Positions 15,393-28,412 of a DNA stretch of 64,000 bases are shown here, one piece after another. A program made the position numbers and the translations under genes. This DNA comes from the human T2T-CHM13v2.0 reference genome, Homo sapiens. The stretch's first letter is position 1, and each line of letters opens with the position of its first letter. The notes beneath the pieces are model-generated. The model did not search any database and was not told the origin of the DNA. It saw only the letters and a program-made list of their open reading frames with translations. The stretch is taken from the NCBI RefSeq assembly GCF_009914755.1, contig NC_060928.1; one strand, 5' to 3'.

Positions 15393-16094
15393 CATCCCAT
15401 CAGTCCATCTGCCTCAAGTATTCTGACTTCCAGCATTTCTAAGCAAATTAGCAGTCTCCTTTCTCCGACTTCCAAATCTTCATTCCATCAGTGTACCATT
15501 TCAGGAGTGAGAAAAGCCTCTACGGTGGAGAATATTCTGGGAGAATAACAACAAAAGATTCCTGCAGCCACCAGAATCCACCCTGCCTTAAATTCCAATG
15601 AAGATGTTAAACAACTTTTTATGGTTACTGTACTATGTGTCTATAAAGCTAAAGTTCAATTTACAGTGTGAAATGTGACTTCCAGAAGACTAAGCCATTC
15701 ATATTCTTTACCAGTACTTTTCCATCTCTATGCAGATCTAAAGTATATTCAGAGTTTTTGGTAAAAGTAAAATCAGAAAAATTGAGATTACTTGTATGAG
15801 TTCAATATTCACTAGAAAGAGATATAAAATTCCTAACAGCATTGTCTCATTTAGTCTTTACAAAAACAAACTATCATTTATGTAGAGTTGTTATCTCCAT
15901 AGCACAAATGTTACCTCCACAGCACAGATCCATAGCATGCTGAGAAAGTGTTGGGTAATTTTCAGGATCACACAGTGATGAGTGTTCATTCGGCTTTCCT
16001 GCCTCTTTACTAATATGTGACAAAAACTGGGTAAAGCCCTGAGGGTACCATAACACTTGTTTATTACAAATTCTCCTCTGATTCTGTCTTCCCC

Positions 16095-16205
16095 AGTATA
16101 TGGTAACCTTCTGAGGGTACACCTTACTGCCACACTCAGCATGCGCCACATAGTAGATGTCTGTATATAATCCATAGAATGCATGGATGACTACATGAAT
16201 GAATA
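16095..16205 (+). mobile_element. L2 3' end fragment
   Basis: CACATAGTAGATG..ATGAATGAAT tail. Confidence 0.5.
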
Positions 16206-16379
16206 TTCAAAAACATCCATTCATCTCTAGAACCATACAGAAAATATGGGTGAATTCAATTTATCAGATTTATATGTCAGTGTGTTCCCTCAGGGTGTAT
16301 CCCTAATTCACAGTTACAACTATTTTCTCTTATACTGTTTTCCTTTTAAGTTCTAGACATGACCAACAGGATCTCAAGA

Positions 16380-16572
16380 TCTCCCCTGTGGGACTGAACC
16401 AGATTTACCTTTTGCAGGTCTCAATTTGATAACACACCTTTGTTTGACCTCTTTCCCTTACTTCTTGCTTCTCTACTCAAAACTTTACATTTCTCGGGGA
16501 ACTTTTCCTAATAGGTAAAGTGCATGGAGCCTCATCTCAGGGTCTACTTTTAAGAAACTCACCCCAAGACAC
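16380..16572 (+). mobile_element. LTR16/LTR33-like ERVL LTR 3' part
   Basis: CCTCATCTCAGGGTCTACTTTTAAGAAACTCACCCCAAGACA resembles the family 3' terminus. Confidence 0.5.
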
Positions 16573-16879
16573 CACCTCTCTTCAACAGAACACAATTTCT
16601 CTTTAAACATTCTAAAACTAACCATTCTTGATTAGCTTTAAGCATGCTATTTTGGCCAGGCTTGTCTTGATTCCAGCAACAGAAATATTTCATGTTTATG
16701 TTACCTTTTGCACGTGTCTAATTTTATCAGTTGTGTGTTGACTTTATAATTGAACTTGGTGTTTTGGCTTTTTTCTCCTTGAATCTGCTCTACTGTCTGG
16801 AGTGAACTGTCATTTTATCCATGGAAAAATGTATGAACTCTCCTTAGCCTTTTATCAACTGTTTTATTATGCCTTTTAT

Positions 16880-17048
16880 TATTTACAACAACCTGCACTT
16901 CAGCAAGACAATGATTATTCTCCTCATTTCAAAAAAGAGACAATCTTGGGCCCAGAGGGAGGCCACCCAGGCATGTCATTTGGATGAACTGGAGCTGAGT
17001 CCAGGAACTCAGGTCTCCTGATTCCTAGAATAGTGCTCTTTCCCACAT
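16880..17048 (-). mobile_element. MIR SINE fragment
   Basis: ATTATTCTCCTCATTTC..GCCCAGAGG..ACTCAGGTCTCCTGATTCCTAG..GTGCTCTTTCC. Confidence 0.55.
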
Positions 17049-18189
17049 CTATCAATCACTTCTTGAGAATAAGTCTTCACATACTCATAATCACTAAGGT
17101 TGTTTTCACGTGTTCTTAAAATCTCTTAACTCTGCCACGTTTACAATCATATACCAAGCAAAACAGCAGATCTTACATGAAACATTAGAGAAGCCTGGGA
17201 TATTTAATTCTATGCATATGTGGCAAATCATTACATATGCATAGTAAATCTCTTAACTGTCATTTGTAATAGGGATGAAGTCATGAGTAACTTGCCCCAC
17301 AATGGTTCATCAGTCTGCAAAACAAAATCCAAAACATCTCACAGTGTGCATATGAAGGTGTCTGCAAGCGAAATTGTCTTTTTGGTCTGAAAAACAAGAT
17401 TTGTATCTTCCAAAAAATGTCTTCTGTTGGACTGCTTACCTTCTTCAATAAATCAGGTTATCATAACCTCACACTTCAGCGTTCTTCTATTTCTGGATTT
17501 TTCTCAGAAATTGCCCAGGGCAGGGAAATAAGAAAAATAATCTATATGTTCTTGGCTATAAAATACTGTTATCTTGGCTCTATACTAATCTGGCATGTTT
17601 ATTCCTTTTTCACATTCTTTATATAAAGATGTGTCTTCATAATCCTAATTTAAAATAATGAATTTGGTAAAGCAATTATAAGTCACCTTATATTAATAGA
17701 AAATAACCCAAGGTCATGTAGAAATATATATTGACACTCCTCAGTATTTTAGAACATTTTATCTCAATTACCCATTGGAGATTTTAATTCAGTTGTGCAT
17801 ATTCAAAAATGTAGTTTTTTGATAATTTCCTTTTTGCCTGCAAAGGAGCAGGGAGAATTTGTTTAGAAGTCATATTGCCTAGTCTGTCTGCACAGAAAGC
17901 TTTTCTTTACCAACAGGAAAAGTGTTGATATTGAATTAATACCACCATCGTAACAAGAAAAAAGTTAACATCTGCTCTACTGTAAAAGAGAAGACAGTAA
18001 AGCTATTCATTTTTTCTTGTTCTAATAACACTCTTTTGAATAAATTTAGTCCTCACTAAGACTTTACAATAACATTATAGCAATGTGAGGCCCATTAAAA
18101 ATGCTAGAACTTAACAAATGATTTTATTTATTTATTTATCTATTCATTTTTGAGATAGGAAAGACCGTGAAAACAGGGAGACAGGTAAA

Positions 18190-18375
18190 GAAATCAATAG
18201 CTTGATTCTCTACATTTAGATGACCGAGGAAATGTCTCACGGCAGTTGGATGAAGAAGCCTGGAGTTTAAGGGAAAGTCTGGGCCAGTGATATACATTTG
18301 TGTCATCAGTGTATAGGTAGTCTTTTAAGGTAGAGAACTGGATAAGATCACTGAAGAGTGAGGATAGACAACAGA
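18190..18375 (-). mobile_element. L2 fragment
   Basis: GCAGTTGGATG..GCCTGGAGTTTAAGGGAAAGTCTGGGC..GTCATCAGTGTATAGGTAG..GGATAAGATCACT. Confidence 0.7.
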
Positions 18376-21171
18376 AACAAAAGGTAACTTTCAGTAGCAT
18401 GGCCTTTATTAATCTGCATATTCCCAAGAGCTCCACAAATATGATATAGATTCAAATGATCCATTCTTTTAGAATTAGCATAAAGCGAATCAAACATGGC
18501 ATCATCCTGTCATAAAAGTTCTCTTCTCCCTACATGTGACTAAAATGCAGGTTACAAAAATTCTAAGTGTTGAGGACTTCTATTGGTGGAAACTTTCTTC
18601 ACAAATTAATGATTGTGATGATGTCAGACAAGCAAAGAATGGTAAATGGTGAAAAAATTATACAATGCCAAACCATATGATTACCTACAATAATCCTTCC
18701 TTTACTGATAGCTGCCCCCAAAACATCTCTGTATCTTTGTAACTCTTCCACATAACCAATAATTTCCTTTCACTTAAAATATGTTCTTTATTTCTAATCA
18801 CATTGGACAAACCCACTTACAAGCTCTACCGGACTGTGTATGTGTGTTTATACATTTCCATTTAAATATGAACTCCTTAAACTTTCTGTTTACTTTGATC
18901 AAAAGCATTGTTTTTGTAGAAACAAAATGGTGACAACACACACATAGTACATAGATGTAGATGACCTGATATTCCAGGATAGATGTTTAGAAGTGGTAAT
19001 ATTAGTCTATCCTAGAGACAGAGATCCAAATCTAGAGATAGAGATAGAGAGAGAAAAACATAGATCTAGAAAGACTTTACAAATGATATTAAAGCAATAT
19101 TAGGCCTATCATATAACGTTAAAATTTGACCTATTAATATACTGTTTTATGTATTTCATATATTGTATTACATATATGATGTACTATATATTATAGTTTT
19201 ATATGTGCATTTTAAGTTCAGATTGTGATATATTTTAAGTAGGAACCATACATGAAACTGTTCATTTAACGAGACTTTTTTCTGGCACTGATTTGTTACG
19301 CCAGCAAGATTTCAGCATTCTTAAATATTTAGATAATTAGATGAGGACTTCTTTTTTCTTTGTAACCTCATGCTGAGCCTCATGGGAGTACTAGGAAAAA
19401 AAAAAACTACAGAGTATGTGGATAACAAATCAGTTTCAAAACCAATAAACCCAAATTTATATACTTTATGCAGTGATCATTTATATTCCATTCATCCTTT
19501 GGATACTTGAAACGATCCCCCAACAACAGCTGTTACGATAGATGACAGTGTACCACTTGACCTCAATATGGCAGATGTGTGTGCTTACTGCAGCTGTCAA
19601 ACTATAATAGAAAGAGCAGCAGAATTCTACCAAAGCTATGTCTACGAGAAACCAAAAGTATTTTTGCGTTGTACACAGATTAGAAAAAGAAATCCTAAAT
19701 TCAAGGTACATAAATGAAATAAATTGGTCGTTTTACAATGTGTGGACTAAACCAATGAATAGTTCATTGTTGTGTTCCAAATAATTGATTTCCCATCATA
19801 AAAAAAGATGAATATCTCCTCCCCATTTCTGCCAACTGGCTTTACATGATACTAGGCTCTAGGTTCAAAGGAATGAGAGATCAACTGCTTCTGTAAAAGC
19901 CATCACCTCTGATCTGCATCTAAGTTATCCTAAACCTTGCACACAAACACACACCTGCAAACACTCATGCAGCAACACTGTAAATAGAAGACAATAAGAC
20001 ACATTTACATTTAAATGTAATTACTCTGAAAAAAAAACTGATGACAAATGATAAGACAATCACTTGGCAATAATGATTGTTGTTGCCTATTCAGGATTGC
20101 TCCCGTTGATCATTTAGATTTCTTTTGGTCCCTTTATAGGTGTTTATGTTCAAAAGAACAAAATAGAATACAGCTTGTCTGAGCTGCACTTCTTTGGTGA
20201 TACTTTCCAGCATAACTAATGTTGTTTTCTATGTCCTGAAGCCCAAGCTCACCTTTCTTTTCCTAATATGGTCAAGTAACTGGCTGAAAAATCTAGGAAA
20301 GCAGTTGGTGAGGATATTTGAAGACTTTTCTGTTTCACCCATGGAAAGCCGACCACAGTCAGGAAATGCATCATACCCTAGGCAGAAGAAGGCACAACAT
20401 GTGAAACACTCAAGTAAAAATACATCTTAAATTATGTTAATAAAAGAAATTACACTATAATTGCCAAAGTCTTCCCAAGCCCAAAACATGCTAATAAATA
20501 TATAAAAATAAAAAAACATTTTATTGCCTCTGAAGGAAATATAAGTATTAACACTTCATGTCTATTCATTATAATTGGTAAATGTTTATTGAAAATAGAA
20601 AGTTTTTTTTAACTTATTTTAGTCTGTACAAATACAAAGACATGAAAAACTTTAGAAGTGACTCTGGTCATTCCAGACATTTTTCACTGATAAAAATCAA
20701 AAGGGACAACTTCTAAGTTTTTAAAACTTGGCGGAGAGTCTACAACTACCAATTGTTGGCAGATTTTCATTCCCTCCCCCATCTTGTGAGTCTGGTTTTT
20801 GTGTAGTAAACCCTTTGAAGTCCATGGGTGTTCTCCACACAGAAGAAATTGTGTCTGGTGAATCAGGTCTTTACTTTTTTGCTTTCTCCCAATATTTTGT
20901 AACTGTTTAGTGCTTAACTAACATATATTCCTGCTGCATCTTCTGCTTTTCTTCATCGTAGTATAAAAAATTATGTTTAAATTATACAATTCAGAGAAAA
21001 TATTAACCTGCATGCTTTCCAGAAACAAAAATAACTGTTCAACTGAAACTTAAAACATACATTATGCAAATTAACAAGCACTATAGAGAACTAGAAATGA
21101 AATTGTAAAATGTGCATATAAAGTTTAATGATGCAGACAAATATTCCAATTAATTTATAAATTACTTTACT

Positions 21172-21262
21172 TCTCTCTCTGTGTGTGTTTCTTTCTGCCT
21201 CTTCTCTTACTCTTGCCTTTTTTTTCTCTCTCTGTCTCTCTCTCACTCTCTGTCTCTCTCTC
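21172..21262. repeat. CT-rich polypyrimidine low-complexity tract
   Basis: Degenerate (CT)n/(CTGT)n read directly. Confidence 0.8.
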
Positions 21263-24035
21263 CTAGTTACAAGATTTTAAAAAGTTAAATCATTTGGCCT
21301 CAAATTTTCCACATTAATGTCTAGTCTAAAATGGAATTTCTTTTGAAGGCTTAAGCAAGATCTGTCTAGCTATTTGTGTGTTATATGAAAATAGAAGAAA
21401 TATGCTTCTCCAGTTATAAAAAAAAATACGGTTAAGATTTTTCTTTTTGCTCATATAAATCAAACAGAGCCAAAGCTATAAACTTTCAACTTGGAAAGAT
21501 TAGAAACCCATTGAGGAAAGAAAATGTAGCTAAACTCAGTGAAAATCTTCTAAGTGCTTTTATTCATTAATTTATAGAAATCAAAGGAAAGTGGTTTGAG
21601 CACACCTAGCAATACATGTCTATCTACCTGTACAAAAGGTCACACAATTTATGCCTTAGGGTGGTGACAGTGCATACCTGCATGTGGTCTACTCCCTCTT
21701 AATACTGAAGGTAAACATTAGGAAATTACAACTCAATAAATTACTAAATAAATATTTCATGAACAATTTAAGTATGTGCTGTATTTATGTGTAAAATTTT
21801 TTTAAAAATACACTAAGATTATATTTGAATTACAGGTCAAGTTATTTCCTAATTTATACATATTATTAATACATATGTTCTATGTTCGGCTCTCACTACA
21901 GATTAATTCAGGCTTACCCCACTCTATTTCATCCTTAGTCTCCCTTTCCAAACACTTAAGCAGCCTTTTCCTCCACTCCCAAACTGTGATTTCAAGAAAC
22001 TCTATGTGTTGCAGTTTGTAAGCATCTTCTCTATTTTTACTCTTGGTGTAAAGAGATACTAGTTTTCTTCTTACTTTCAAGTGGTAACATCACCATCTGC
22101 AACAGTGTTCTACCTGAAACGTAAGGAAAACTGTCAGCACTTTCTTTAGTCTCCAGCGACTGTTTTTAGCACTGTGACGCTAGCTTGAATTCTCCGAGGA
22201 CATCCTTTTGAATCCTTTAGATTATAGGTCAGTTCTTTATATTCCTTTACATATTTGGAATGGGGTTTAATTGTTTTTCTTTTCCCTACACTACGTTTCC
22301 CTAACAGCTTGAGGAATATCATCATTTGTATGAATGACCATCTCAATGCTGTGGTTTTTCTGCTTCCAATACTTCCATGAAATTTTACTTCCATGATTTC
22401 GCCATTGCCTTTCTCCACCTCTGGGTCCACATTACACTACCCAGGCCAGGGTCTCTCCATTTTCAACTTGCCTTGGTGGTACTGCCTCAAAATTAACTCC
22501 CTGTTTTGGGATTCCTTTTCCTTTCCACAATCCATTCTCCACCCTGATTTCCAAACACATTAGCCATCTGAAAACATTTTTACTTGTAGTGTTTTAGTTT
22601 GTGACTTTGATCTTCCCACACAGTTCCATTTTATCTCTAAATATTAGTCAGTGAACTCCAAATTTTTTCTACTGACTTACTGCTGTGAAAGGTAACAGAC
22701 ACTTTTCTCCCACAGCCAGCTACATTTTGTTGCTAATATCATGATATTACGATTTTTCTCTTGGCTATTTTTAAACTTTATATGCAACACTTAAGTCTCT
22801 ATATTAAGCAGCTTTAGAAGGTGTTTCTTAAACCTTTGTTATGGAAGAAGAGAAATGTGAAATTATTACTTCTAAAGAGTGGAACAAATTTATATGACAT
22901 TTGCTTTTCATTCTGTACCTCTCTGTACTGTCTGAGTTACCTGTACTTGAATTGCTTGAAAGAAAAATAAACAAAACAGAGATCTGATTATGACATTCAC
23001 ATTCAATGATGGCCCATTTTCTCAAATATTAGTTTTTCATACTCCCATAATCTTGCAGTTTATATAAACCACCTCCACCCTGGTGCTCAGCACCAAATTG
23101 ATTTTCCTGCTTTACAATACTATTCCCTGCTAGTCTTAGAGCTCATCCCAAGCCCTGGCTGACTTATCCAGAACTATGCCCTCAGTACTGTGGACAGGCA
23201 TTATTCACCAAATAAATGAATTTCACAGCTGCAAACTCGACCTAATAGTCTACAAATCCGATAAAATCTGATAAGGCATCCCATATGCAATTCTTGATCT
23301 CTTATCATGGCAAATCTGTCAGATGAAAGATCAGGTTCTCCCACATCCTTGAGTTAAGGCACATTAAGCAAAAATTCAACCCCCTCTCTAAAGCCAAATG
23401 ACAGGTGACTTACCCCACCCTTGTTCCTCCAGCCACATTCTCTTTTACTGATACCTCCCCACCAGCAGCCGCTACAGCAGCAGCCATGCTAGTAAGGCCC
23501 CAGCAGGCTTCAGTGATACAATTACACAAATTAGGACTTAATGTTCAATTTTTTGTGTCTTCCAACTCTTCTTGGCTAGACTGTAAGAAACTCCAAGTCA
23601 AAGTAAATTTTCTGCTTCATGTAGACATGATCTAAGCTTCAGTAAGAAAATCAATAAACATTTTTACAAGAAATAATACGATGGAACTCCAAAGTTTTCA
23701 ACATTCTTCTAGCAACACTCTCAAGCTTCAGAAGCAAATTTATGCATTTCTTTTTCCCCTACATCAGCCATTTCAGCAGAGTTCTCATTTGGGGGAATGT
23801 ATTTTATTTTATGTTTTATTCCCATGTTGAAGTAAAAAGAACATTTTCTTTCACCACGTGTATTTTTCTAAAGTGAACTTTTCATTTCATATTGTGGATG
23901 GCAGCAGCCAGCCCATGTTCCATGATCCTCAGGCACGGCTTTGTATACTGGTCCCCAAACCAGATGAGATGCACTCATCACTCAGCCACCAGGGCTATCA
24001 GTCAGAAGAAAACTTCTCGGATTGCTTAAAAAAAA

Positions 24036-24090
24036 ACAGCCAAGGAAAGAACCTCACAGCCAAGGCAAGAACGTCACAGCCAAGGAAAGA
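24036..24090. repeat. 20-bp minisatellite, 2.75 copies
   Basis: ACAGCCAAGGAAAGAACCTC / ACAGCCAAGGCAAGAACGTC / ACAGCCAAGGAAAGA. Confidence 0.9.
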
Positions 24091-24651
24091 GAGGACAAAA
24101 ATTTAAAGCATTTCAAAAATGCCTTGCTGAATATTTAATGCAAAATGAAAAGAAAGGGCAGTCTCTAAAATTGGACAGAAAAAATGCAGATTAAGAAAAA
24201 CCATATTTTCTTTTTTAGCATCCGAATAGATTTGTCCCCAAGTTTTTTTAATCAAATGAAAACATCAAATAATTCCAGAAAGCTTATCAAATCTACAACT
24301 TCAGAACAGTAAGGCAAACATTCTTGACAGACAAAATATTTTATTGTACAGCTATAATCTAGTCATTTTATATTCCTGAGGTACCTTCCACTTTCCACCA
24401 CAAAGTCTAAAATATAATAAATGAATCTTATTTTTAATCATCACAGTAGGATTATAGAGGGGAAAAAATTTTCTAGTTCCAGTTTCCTCTGCTTTCTGTA
24501 CTCCATCCACATTGCATGTCTTGTATGCATTCCAACTTGCTGCATTTTCCGGCTCAAAGCCAATGAATTTGCTGTTCCCTCTGCTGGAAGCCTGCCCCAA
24601 CCAGCCCTCCACCTCACTTGTCACAAGCCTCTTTATCAAACACATCTCATA

Positions 24652-25430
24652 TGTTCATTCATTCCCTCAGCAACCACTTACAAAGAACCTGCTATGTACC
24701 CAACACTATTCTAGACACAGGTGTTACATCAGCGAGCTCATTGGGCTCACATTCTAGGAAGGGAAGAGAGGCAACGAATAAATAAACAAATAGTATGAAG
24801 TATGTCAGATGGAATAAGTACCATGGGCAGCACTAATTCAAGGTGAGGGGAAATGGGATACTGAGATGGCAGAGATGGTTTTTTTTTTTACTGTGTAGTT
24901 GCTGTGTAGTTTTTGAAAGTGGCATTAGAGAAAGAATCTGAAGGAAATTATAGGGTGAGTCATACTCATATCTGGGGGAAAAGCATTCTAGGCTGAGAGA
25001 ACAGCAATCACAAAGATTCTGAGGAAGGAGCATGCTTGATGTGTTTGAGGATTAGCAGGACGCTAGCATGGCTAGGGCCAATAAGCAAGGGAGAAAGGGT
25101 CAGGGGCTACTGATAAGTAACAGGATCAGATGGTCTATGGGGGGGCTCCCACTCTACCCTGAGCAAAATAGGAGTCATCAGAGGGTTTTGAGCTAAGAAG
25201 TGCATAGACTAACACTAGGTTTCACCAGGATCACTGGAGTGCCCGTGTTGAGAATGGATTGTAAGAGGGGAGGGGAGAAGCAGAGAGAGCAGTTACGAGT
25301 CTGTGCAGTAGACTATGTAAAAGACAATGGTCTCTTGGAGCAATGTGATGGTAGTGATGGTGATAAGACAGTGCAGGATTCTGCAGATTTCTGTCAAAAA
25401 GTAGGACTGATAGCATTGACTGAGGCATTG
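24652..25430 (-). mobile_element. L2a-like LINE 3' portion
   Basis: TTCATTCATTC..CCTGCTATGTACCCAACACTATTCTAG, GAGCATGCTTGATGTGTTTGAGGA, CAGGATCACT..GAGAATGGATTG. Confidence 0.85.
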
Positions 25431-26019
25431 GCTGTGTTAACTTCAATATGACATACTCAAGGAAACCCAATTTCAGACCAGGTTAAGGCTTCCTGCTATA
25501 TACACCCAAAGGACCTGACATCTATTCTCATAACACGTTGCATCCTTACAGTCTTTTTGACAGTTTTATCTTCTCCTGTAACTCCAGCTCCCAAAGCAAT
25601 ATTTTTCATGTTAGATGTCTAATAAACATTCTGTGAAATGATGCCTTGAATGCCAAATTAGAGGGTTTGTGCATTTCTTTATCTCAACTTGTAATGCCCT
25701 CTGTAATTTACTGACTTGATAAACCCCTATTCATCTGCCAATTATCACCTTCTCCTGAAGCCTTCCATTGCCCCTTTTCCCAAGACAAAGTGAATCCCTA
25801 ACCCCCTGGTTTTTGAGCCTTGTAGTACTGCATCTATTGCCATGTATTGCAATTTACTTCTGTGGTATGGTTAAAAAAATCAACAGATGTGCTCTTAGCA
25901 AACAATTCTATCTAATGGTCAATGGTTTATGTTGCTGCAATGCAATAAACTGTCCTCAGCACTCTTAGGCCTCTACGGCATATGCTATATGCACAAGTAC
26001 CAGTATATGTGACTTTAAA

Positions 26020-26258
26020 GAATGATAACAGTGTATTGAATATTTACGTTATACCACACTTTATGGAAGGTATTTGTCTAAATGATCACATTTGCTTTCA
26101 CAAAACACTGTATGAATAAGAAAAATTTTTAGCCCATTTTACAAGGGAGTAAACTGAGGATAGACTGCTTGCCCAGCTTATACAGGTACTGTCAGAGTGA
26201 GAATTCAATCCTAAGCACAAAGACTGTCATCAAACAACCTCTATGCCCTGCTGCCTCT
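26020..26258 (-). mobile_element. MIR SINE
   Basis: CCCATTTTACAAGGGAGTAAACTGAGG core; ACTGCTTGCCCAG. Confidence 0.65.
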
Positions 26259-28214
26259 CTCAGAAGAAGCGGGTTGAGTTCTATGTCTAGGCCTAGTACA
26301 GATGAAAGATAATAGACACAGAAAATTATATTTAAGTTAAATCAAGTGTTCAGTGGGAATAGAAACACCCAACGCCTAAGCCAAAACTGACAATGTTGAC
26401 ATATAACTTCCAGGAATTTTCAAAAATATGCAAGGCAAGATATTTTTCATGGGATAATATATAAGGCCATCGAATCCATTTAATTTCATTTCCAAAAGAT
26501 AGGATGGCCTCAAGAGACATGTGAGCTACATTTATTTTTAGTTTCACCTCTTCTAACAAACAGAAGCTTCCTTGAAATAAGCCCTCTGCCTTTTCCATTT
26601 TTCATCCCACTACTCAGCAAGTTCTTGTTTAATTTCATGGAATAGTCATTCAAATCTTGCTCCTCTTATGAGTAAATCGACTCAAGCCTGAAGAGATTAG
26701 ATTACTCAATCCCATCATACAGGTGATTTTTAGCCAAAAGACGCCTGGTCCCTGGACTCCTGTTGCAATGCTTTCTTATCTCCCACCACATTTAGAACCA
26801 TAAAACAGAGTCATCTACAAGAAAACTAGGACTCAAGAAGAAAGAAAGGAAGGGGGTTAGGAAAAAAAGATGGGAAGGAAGGAAGGGGAAGGATGGAAGG
26901 AAGGAGGCAGGAAATATTTATTGTCTTTACTTAATACAACAAACTCCAGACGCAGGTCCAGTTACAAATCCCGTTTAGTGGAAAAATTCCTTCTTATTGA
27001 TATTGCAGAGTATGTGTCAGCTACTGTGTGGACATCATTCTCATCTAATAATGCTTTTTAATATAGCCATTTTCTTGTTCATAAATTATCTCATTCAAGT
27101 CTGGCATTGTATTGAGACAGTAGAGTCATTTGTATTTCATTGAATTTCCATTTCCTAGACTGTGGCAGTAATAATCTCCAACATAAATGACTTTATAACC
27201 CATTATTAAATATTTGGCAAGCACTTCATCTGCGGTTGACACATTAGAAAAGCAGAACCAAATCTCTCTATAGCCAAGAATGGAATCATCAACCAGTGAA
27301 GTAGATATATACCATAAAAATTAGTAATAATAAAGTCAAGCAATGACCAGTTTACCTGCAGTAGATTCTCAAGTATGAAAGTTATTCCAATACACAGTTT
27401 CAAGTTCTGGCAAATTATTAGAAGAGACCTATCTTACAAGGTAGGGACCCTTTTGCCAACCTCTACTCCCTCTACAAGCCCAAATTCCCCTGAGACCTCT
27501 GCCCCTCTGCTCCCCACCCAACACACAATGCCATATATATTTCGTGAAATTTCTTCACTTGCGTTTTGATTAATTTGACTTTAACTTTCATTGCCCTTGA
27601 CACCAATTCTTTGCCTGAGAGAGGCTAGACATATTTAATAAATAGCTACAGGCTAAATTAAATTCAAGCATTAGTTCAATGCCCTATCACTTCTGTGAAC
27701 ACTTCTTGCTTCAAGTGTCTAGTCTGCTGGAGATGGATTGAAAGACACACTTCTTTTTGTCCTCAACTAACCTCTGAGATGCTTTTGGCTGCAACCCAGG
27801 GCCATTAATCTCAGTGATATATTCTTCATCCGGATGCATCATCTTTGTGTCTTCTGGTAGGACTATTTGAGGAATGTTCCTAGACATTCATTTTCCTAGA
27901 CTCTGAGTTTCTCTGCAATCTGGCCTTGCTGACTGGGTAGATCAGCCCATGCCATAACTGCCATCAACTTATTTCAGGGCGGGAAACAAGATTCCAGAAC
28001 ACTTCTGAGCAGTGACAATGGGCATAGTCACTCGTGTTCTTTTCTGGACCAGCACCTCATGAGTTCACCTTGCTACCATCGAGGAAATCCAGAACAACTA
28101 CTCAAGGACATGTCTGAATGAGTCACTGAACCATGGCTCTGTGAGGTCAGCTGCTCTCTGATCCACTCGCTCCTCAGCTTAAAGACATGGCAAGTTCCAG
28201 CCAAACTTGATCAC

Positions 28215-28412
28215 CCATCCCAACACATAGCAGTAGCTTTTAAGCCTTAAAAGTGATCAGAACGATATGAGGCAACTTGTTAAGTGCAGATTCCTGGCAC
28301 ACACTACTAGAGACATCAAATTGAGTGGTTTGAAATGATGACAAGAGAGCTAACACTTTAACGAGTTGTTTTGAGACAGGTGGATTTGGACTATAATACT
28401 GTGAAAATTACT
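28215..28412. mobile_element. MER5-like hAT fossil
   Basis: ATCAGAAC..CTTGTTAAGTGCAGATTCCTGG..CACTTTAAC. Confidence 0.45.

Noticed and set aside
19474-19717. ~68-codon open frame (..DLNMADVCAYCSCQTIIERAAEFYQSYVYEKPK..) near an AG and a weak AAG|GTACAT donor
   Set aside because: In-frame TGA soon after the acceptor, weak splice sites and no recognisable homology; length is within chance expectation. A protein search and conservation check would settle it
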